A DNA stretch of 64,000 nucleotides, taken from positions 96,001 to 160,000 of IMG/VR virus record IMGVR_UViG_3300020183_000007; one strand, written 5' to 3'. The stretch is from a virus. This document shows, in pieces, positions 58,357 to 64,000 of this stretch (its first letter is position 1; each line of letters opens with the position of its first letter). Made by a program: the position numbers and the translations under genes. The notes under the pieces were generated by a model. That model ran no database searches. It was not told the DNA's origin and was given only the letters and a program-made list of their open reading frames with translations.

Positions 58357-58698
58357 ATGGCTATGCGCCCAAGCGTTGAGACTCAGATAGAAACAAACCC
58401 ACGCAAGTTTGCCATAACTGAGCCAACTAAATTACTCACCCGTATTAACGGTGAGCCACCCATTGGTAGCGGCAAAGGTCGCCGTCGTAATCCAATAATT
58501 ACAAACATTTACAATGAGTTGATAACTAATCGTAATGTTTGGTTCCATGTTAATATACCAATTACCTCAAAGCAGCAGCTTGCTTCAATACGTATGTCGC
58601 TTTATTTTCGTGCTAAGAAAGATAATTTGACTTTGTCAACATCTTCTCTTTACAATGAAAAGATTAAGATGTTTGATCTGTGGGTTCTTTTGGCCTAA
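58357..58698 (+). CDS. basic hypothetical protein
   Basis: AAGGAG RBS. Confidence 0.7.
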   Translation: MAMRPSVETQIETNPRKFAITEPTKLLTRINGEPPIGSGKGRRRNPIITNIYNELITNRNVWFHVNIPITSKQQLASIRMSLYFRAKKDNLTLSTSSLYNEKIKMFDLWVLLA

Positions 58699-58892
58699 TT
58701 CATTACTATTTTCTTTGAATTTCTAAATTCAGGGAAGATAAATGACTAAATATTTAGTTAGCGTTACAAGGACACTCGCTATAGAAGCTCAAACACTTAA
58801 AGAGGCTACAACGATGTCCTTGTACGCTACCTATTATCCAGAATATCTTAATGGTATTGAAAATTTATACTGTGACGTAAAGGTATTGTCAA

Positions 58893-59114
58893 ATGAAAAT
58901 CAATCCATTTCAAACTTTTCAAATTGGCCAGAGAATAAAAGCAATACAGATTAATGATCCGTACACCAAAATTCAATCTGGAGAACACGGAACAATTAAT
59001 TTTATTGATGATTTTAATACTATACATGTTAATTGGGATTCTGGGTCAACATTGGGAGTTATTCCAGAAATTGATGAATTTGAAATCATAGCTCATCAAA
59101 CTCAAACATTATGA
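58893..59114 (+). CDS. DUF4314-like protein
   Basis: GQRIKAIQINDPYTKIQSGEHGTINFIDDFNTIHVNWDSGSTLGVIPEIDEF. Confidence 0.75.
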   Translation: MKINPFQTFQIGQRIKAIQINDPYTKIQSGEHGTINFIDDFNTIHVNWDSGSTLGVIPEIDEFEIIAHQTQTL

Positions 59115-59467
59115 TATAATATTATTATCTTTATATAAAGGATTATATTATGATAGCGCAGCAATCACCAACTATATTTAGTATTGTTTTTACTTTTGTT
59201 GCTATTCTTGTTACTTCCGGTGTTGTAATAAAAGTATTATCCCTTTTCTTTAGAGAGGATATTGATGATGATTGATCTTATTATTGGTATGGGAATTGCT
59301 TCTTTTGTTATATTAATTGTCCAATTTGTTAAAATAACATAATATATTTTTAAAAAATAGACCTTAGATCGGGGCCCCACGATATATACTAATTAATATG
59401 GTGATATTCACTTTTTTGGTACACTAAGTTACTATAAATGACAGTTTACTGTTTTTAAAGGACTTTT

Positions 59468-59794
59468 ATGCCCGGTTTTGGACAAAGCTACCTATCGAGA
59501 GCTGGTATGAGAATGGTGGCTGCATTCCAGGACACGTTGTCCCCTGGGGGCCAAGGCGGGAGAGCCATTCATCAGTTTTTGGATCAAACAACCGGACAAT
59601 CTCGGAAAATGCCAAGAAGCTCTATAAGCCCCAATACTATGATGACAAGGACTCCACGTGGTCGCGGAGGCATGTTCGGCTCTACAACCACTTATGATAA
59701 CCCTAACTTCCTAAAGACAGACATAAATAGGGGCCTTTTTGGAATGGGTGGTCGCAGCAGTTCTCTGCAAATTCGCAGACCCCCTATGGACTAA
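59468..59794 (+). CDS. Gly/Arg/Met-rich low-complexity protein
   Basis: AAAGGA RBS; GC-richer than its flanks. Confidence 0.6.
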   Translation: MPGFGQSYLSRAGMRMVAAFQDTLSPGGQGGRAIHQFLDQTTGQSRKMPRSSISPNTMMTRTPRGRGGMFGSTTTYDNPNFLKTDINRGLFGMGGRSSSLQIRRPPMD

Positions 59795-59845
59795 ATCTCT
59801 ATATAGGGTAAAATTAGAAAAAAATTTTGAGGCCTATTTTCATTT

Positions 59846-60631
59846 TTAGAAAATGTTTAAATCCTTGAATCGTTGATCAATCTGATCCGAGTATTGAGTA
59901 GAGATCTCTACCACGTAATGCTGTATGAGATGATTCTTTTGTCTCTGCGCTGTAGAAGGATTAATGTGCTGTTTATACAATAACTTTTTAATATGATAAA
60001 ATTTTGTATCTAAAAATGTTCTGACAACTAGCTCGTAGTCATCAGCGATTTCATATTTAGCATTGTGCCCGCCTAGTTTATGATAGACATTTGATCTCCA
60101 TGCTCTAACATGATTTGGAGCAGAAACAATATGTTTCATAGTTGTAGGATTTATTTCCGGCGAAGACATAACCCATACTTCATATTCTTGCGACCAATAT
60201 TCCGAACCATATCCAAATGCCCAACCCTTAGGATATACGCCTGACTGTCCATCGGGTAAAATCTCGCACCAATCTGAGTAGACGAAACCTACCTCAGGAT
60301 TGTCTCGGAATGCCCCGTTAATCTCTTCCAGAGCGTCTGCAGTAAGCTCATCGTCATGATCTAGCTCAACAAGTATATCTCCCTCTGCAAGCATAAATCC
60401 ACGTCTCTTATTGCGACCTATGTTGCCTGAATGAACATGACTTTTATACATCTGAATTTTATATCTTTCATCTGCACAAAAGCCATAGACTTGATGCCAT
60501 ACATTGTCATTGGTTGAATCATCTATTATGATCCATTCCCAATCTTTAAATGTTTGAGCTTTTAGAGAAGCCCATGTACGAGAAAATACATTCTTATCTG
60601 TATTATACGTAGGTGTTATTATTGAAATCAT
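59846..60631 (-). CDS. glycosyltransferase family 2
   Basis: ISIITPTYN, WIIIDDS, ELDHDD, FVYSD. Confidence 0.9.
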   Translation of the reverse strand: MISIITPTYNTDKNVFSRTWASLKAQTFKDWEWIIIDDSTNDNVWHQVYGFCADERYKIQMYKSHVHSGNIGRNKRRGFMLAEGDILVELDHDDELTADALEEINGAFRDNPEVGFVYSDWCEILPDGQSGVYPKGWAFGYGSEYWSQEYEVWVMSSPEINPTTMKHIVSAPNHVRAWRSNVYHKLGGHNAKYEIADDYELVVRTFLDTKFYHIKKLLYKQHINPSTAQRQKNHLIQHYVVEISTQYSDQIDQRFKDLNIF

Positions 60632-60924
60632 ACGAAATGCTTAATTATTGCTGCGCTTGCTAGAAAAACCCATAGAACATTAAATAATATAATTGTTGGC
60701 AGTGTTTTTTTAGTAGAAGACCATATTAAACTTAGGCTTGACGCAATAGCAAAAATATATAACCACCACCATTGTTTGCCAAATAAAAGTCCTGGAAATA
60801 TAATAGCTATCTTTGTTGCAAAACCCCAAGCTTCAACTGAATTTGGTTTAGTCCAATAAGATTTATTTGACATTTGTTTTATGGCATCTATGACTTTATA
60901 GAAAAATATTTTAATTTGATTCAT
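60628..60924 (-). CDS. membrane protein
   Basis: three hydrophobic segments. Confidence 0.7.
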   Translation of the reverse strand: MNQIKIFFYKVIDAIKQMSNKSYWTKPNSVEAWGFATKIAIIFPGLLFGKQWWWLYIFAIASSLSLIWSSTKKTLPTIILFNVLWVFLASAAIIKHFV

Positions 60925-60930
60925 ATCTTT

Positions 60931-61584
60931 TTACTGTTCTCTATATGTTTTCGATAAGTATTTGTATATTTTTCCTTGATGTTGTTTGCGATCATTAACT
61001 ATTATATCTTGATACTCTACACCTTTAGTGAAATACCAGTGATCTGGTTCGGCAAAATGAAAAAATATCATTTCAACTTCGTTATTTGCTGGATCAGGAA
61101 ATTTATTTCGCCAATGATATTGATCTTCTCCGTAATAACATACAGCTTGATTTGGTTCCAGAATAAATTCTTTATTATTTATATAGATTGGCCAATTTGT
61201 TTTGTATGATATGCACAAATCAATTGTATAAGTACAGGCATTATCATCGACATGATAAGGTAGATTAGCTCTTGTTCCATGATACATTGAGTACACACAG
61301 TATGTAGGAACTAAACTATTAGAATTAAATATACTTTTAGCCATGTTGGTAAGAAGCAATTGTTCTTCTGAGAGGAACTCCTCATCAGGAATACTATATC
61401 TTCCTAAACCTGAATTGTATTCTAATAATGAATTATTTTTTTTATAAATAATTCTATTTTTTAATTCAAGAAATTTTTCCTCTGAAAAGACATTGTTTAA
61501 AATAAATGGTTCGGGTCTTACGGTCAGCATTCTATTTGTATAATAATCATAAACTTTATTTGTCATTACATTTCTTTTTTTCAC
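60931..61584 (-). CDS. 2OG-Fe(II) oxygenase
   Basis: LPYHVDDNACTYT (HxD), GEDQYHWR, IFFHF. Confidence 0.85.
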   Translation of the reverse strand: MKKRNVMTNKVYDYYTNRMLTVRPEPFILNNVFSEEKFLELKNRIIYKKNNSLLEYNSGLGRYSIPDEEFLSEEQLLLTNMAKSIFNSNSLVPTYCVYSMYHGTRANLPYHVDDNACTYTIDLCISYKTNWPIYINNKEFILEPNQAVCYYGEDQYHWRNKFPDPANNEVEMIFFHFAEPDHWYFTKGVEYQDIIVNDRKQHQGKIYKYLSKTYREQ

Positions 61585-62269
61585 TAACCTGAGTTTCAGT
61601 TTCTATTATTTGATTATCGAATTGGTTATTATTATCTTTTATAGTTTGTATAAAAGTTGATATAATCCATTTGTCGCCCGATATTGGCACGCAACCCTGA
61701 TGTGGATAGGTCCAATGTGTGGGGAATAAACATATTGAACCAGCTTTTGCTGGAACTTTCAACTCATGTTCCCTAAAGTATGTTTCCCCGCCCATTTCAA
61801 CATCGTTTAAATAAATGATTGCAGCCAACACTCTGTCTTTTGTGGTGGGAGTATGATCCATACCACCATCAATATGCTCTCGATAATATCCAACTCCCTT
61901 TTTGTATTCCTGTACTCTAAATCCAGTATCTTGAATATTAACCCAGTCCCATAACCATCTAAACTCTTCTCTATATTTTGCTATAGATAAAAATAATTTT
62001 TCAACTATTGCGTTTTCGCAAGTATCTAACTTATCTGTTGGTAAATTATACTCAACAAGTGTATGGTGAGACCAATTTATATCCATGCTATTTTTAATAG
62101 AAGTTAAGACACCACTAATAGTAGGACCAGGAGAAGCCATTATGTTGTAATACTTTTTTAACTCACTTAATGTTAAGTTACATATTTCTTTATCTATAGC
62201 ATTTTCTGCAACCATTATTGCGGCAGATCTACCAGCTGGCCAATGAAAACTTATATTACTCATTATCAT
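61556..62269 (-). CDS. 2OG-Fe(II) oxygenase (prolyl-hydroxylase-like)
   Basis: YYREHIDG, IYLNDVEMGGETYF, FPTHWTYPHQG, KWII. Confidence 0.9.
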   Translation of the reverse strand: MIMSNISFHWPAGRSAAIMVAENAIDKEICNLTLSELKKYYNIMASPGPTISGVLTSIKNSMDINWSHHTLVEYNLPTDKLDTCENAIVEKLFLSIAKYREEFRWLWDWVNIQDTGFRVQEYKKGVGYYREHIDGGMDHTPTTKDRVLAAIIYLNDVEMGGETYFREHELKVPAKAGSICLFPTHWTYPHQGCVPISGDKWIISTFIQTIKDNNNQFDNQIIETETQVSEKKKCNDK

Positions 62270-62278
62270 CCTTTTGGT

Positions 62279-62530
62279 TTAACTATTTAAAAGTTTTTCG
62301 TAAGCGTTTAATACTTGTTTTAATCTTTTTTCAACAATAGTTTTCCAAGAATCGCCTAAAGCTTCGTTGCCAGAAAAAGTTGGTTGCCAAGTAAATTTGC
62401 CATCAACTACCTCTAATGATTCTGGATCTATGCCAACCATTATAGCAGCTGAATATATTTCTAGCTCCAACTTTTTACGAGCACTTGACCTTAGTGCTGC
62501 TTTCTCATTGCTGGATAATATGAAGTCCAT
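62279..62530 (-). CDS. hypothetical protein
   Basis: 83-aa ORF in the minus-strand operon. Confidence 0.65.
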   Translation of the reverse strand: MDFILSSNEKAALRSSARKKLELEIYSAAIMVGIDPESLEVVDGKFTWQPTFSGNEALGDSWKTIVEKRLKQVLNAYEKLLNS

Positions 62531-62539
62531 CTTTTACTC

Positions 62540-63349
62540 CTAGTTTCTATTAAAAATTTTATTTAAAAAAGTTTTCTTTTCATTATCAATAGATTCATCA
62601 AGTTGTCTTTGAAGTTTTTTGTATTTACTTTTCTGTCTTTTTGGCATAAAAGGGCCACCAAAACCTCTATACTGCAATAGGTTATAGGCTATACTATCCC
62701 CCCATAATATGTCTAAAGACTTTTGTCTCTTAAAGGGAATGACGTGCCACATAGGTGTTCCCATTTCTATTTCAAATGGTTGATCTGTTAGAATATTCAT
62801 AACAATATGTGCGTTATGATAATAGTCAGTATTAACTACGGCTGGTAACATAGTATAATTTGGGTTGGGATTCCATAATGGTGGAAGAAATAGCGAAGAC
62901 CATCCTGGAGCTGTTTTTGTTAACCATGGATTAATTACTTTGACATAATTAGCTTTTTCAATTTTTCTAACTTTTGTAACTGGACATTCTCCAGTTTGTC
63001 CATAGCTAAACTTTTCTATTCCAAAATTGCCCATATCTGTTGAAAGATCAAATTGACCCTCCCAAAATTTATGGTCAACTGATGGCCTAAACATTAATTT
63101 AGCCCAGAGTGGAATAGTGAATCCAGTTGCAATATAATCAGAAGTTCCAGAACAACGTTTTAGGCTACCCTCTTCTCCACTAAGTTGTTTCCACCAATCT
63201 GGCCAATTACCAAGATTTTGGTATGGCCTACATTCATCGTCCATTAATTGTGGGACATGAGGCGTCAATAATACTTGGCCTTCTTTAATTTTTGGAATAT
63301 CATTAAATACTTTTGGACTAACTATTTGCAATTTTTCTGAGTTCTTCAC
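62540..63349 (-). CDS. hypothetical protein (dUTPase-fold-like family common in phage oxygenase clusters)
   Basis: KRCSGTSDYIATGFTIPLW, KVINPW..KTAPGWSSLFLPP, LPAVVNTD, GTPMWHVIPFKR. Confidence 0.55.
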   Translation of the reverse strand: MKNSEKLQIVSPKVFNDIPKIKEGQVLLTPHVPQLMDDECRPYQNLGNWPDWWKQLSGEEGSLKRCSGTSDYIATGFTIPLWAKLMFRPSVDHKFWEGQFDLSTDMGNFGIEKFSYGQTGECPVTKVRKIEKANYVKVINPWLTKTAPGWSSLFLPPLWNPNPNYTMLPAVVNTDYYHNAHIVMNILTDQPFEIEMGTPMWHVIPFKRQKSLDILWGDSIAYNLLQYRGFGGPFMPKRQKSKYKKLQRQLDESIDNEKKTFLNKIFNRN

Positions 63350-64000
63350 CGTGATCTACCAACTTTTGACTAAGTAGTTGTTTTGCTATATTGTTTATAT
63401 CTTTAATTCCCGGATATCTGGCACTATAAGCATCTAATTGAATTGATGCTATTTCTGGGTTAAGAACACCTTGACCCTGAGCTACGTGCCATAAATGTCC
63501 TGCCGCAAAAAGCTCATATCCAGTAGATGGAACATCATGTACTTCTGGACACCTAATATTCCAAAGTTGCAAAAGATGTTCAAGAAGTTCTGGTTTTTCT
63601 GCTGATTGTTGCGCCAACCACATATCAGTATCTTTTCTATCAGAGATATAATGTAATGATATCATACATAATATGTTATTCATAATGGAATCCATTATTC
63701 TATGATATTCTTTTATGCCATATGTTCTATCCTCGGAAAATGTCGGCAAATACGAGCACAAAAGCCTAGCCTGTTGAATTGTTGTTGATATAGAAGTGGC
63801 TTCCAGCGGCTCAACAAAACTTGCAGCCAGTCCAACAGCAATACAATTATTCTTCCATGTTTCTTTAAAATATCCAGAAGTAAAATCAATTACTTTAGAT
63901 GGTTCAACTTCAAAACCATGTATTATAGAGGCTTCCCGTATAGCTTGTAGGGATGAACAGTAATCAGAAGAAAACACATATCCATTACCTCTACGATTTA
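63318..64000 (-). CDS. tryptophan halogenase-like flavoprotein, 3' part (5' end beyond the window)
   Basis: RRGNGYVFSSDY, NCIAVGLAASFVEPLEATSI; frame stays open to the window edge. Confidence 0.85.
   Translation of the reverse strand, partial: NRRGNGYVFSSDYCSSLQAIREASIIHGFEVEPSKVIDFTSGYFKETWKNNCIAVGLAASFVEPLEATSISTTIQQARLLCSYLPTFSEDRTYGIKEYHRIMDSIMNNILCMISLHYISDRKDTDMWLAQQSAEKPELLEHLLQLWNIRCPEVHDVPSTGYELFAAGHLWHVAQGQGVLNPEIASIQLDAYSARYPGIKDINNIAKQLLSQKLVDHGEELRKIANS

Noticed and set aside
58979-58987. Exact match to array spacer TGGAGAACA
   Set aside because: The partner half-site (CCTATGCGG or its complement) is not adjacent, and a single 9-mer match is expected by chance in 64 kb on two strands. 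An exhaustive self-target search was not possible.

Overview
The window looks like part of a large tailed-phage genome with an actinobacterial host (WhiB gene, actinobacterial-type surface domain, seven tRNAs, no bacterial housekeeping operons). There are four zones. (1) 1-12.4 kb: a visibly GC-richer array of about 20 short + strand ORFs, each flanked by repeated terminator/hairpin/RBS modules; in one case two unrelated ORFs share the same 262-bp leader and a ~112-bp trailer. (2) 12.4-35 kb: small ORFs, several structured-RNA candidates (a ~550-nt hairpin-rich intergenic region, a 75-nt tmRNA-like tRNA domain with no mRNA domain), an 860-aa candidate RNA polymerase, and a TIGR-Tas-like RNA-guided locus. 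That locus is a Nop-domain gene without a nuclease domain (24707-25636) followed by an 11-unit array of 37-nt period, in which two short repeats alternate around 9-nt variable spacers (25717-26133); an orphan unit lies at 29564-29610. (3) 35-59.8 kb, AT-rich: WhiB, a complete prokaryotic ubiquitin-like cassette (E2-like, JAB, E1/ThiF, Ubl ending in Gly, AAA ATPase, two more E2-like paralogs), SSB, UDG-like, KTSC and a collagen-like protein. (4) 59.8-64 kb, minus strand: glycosyltransferase, 2OG-Fe(II) oxygenases and a tryptophan-halogenase-like gene. All family calls come from motif recognition by eye; no searches were run.
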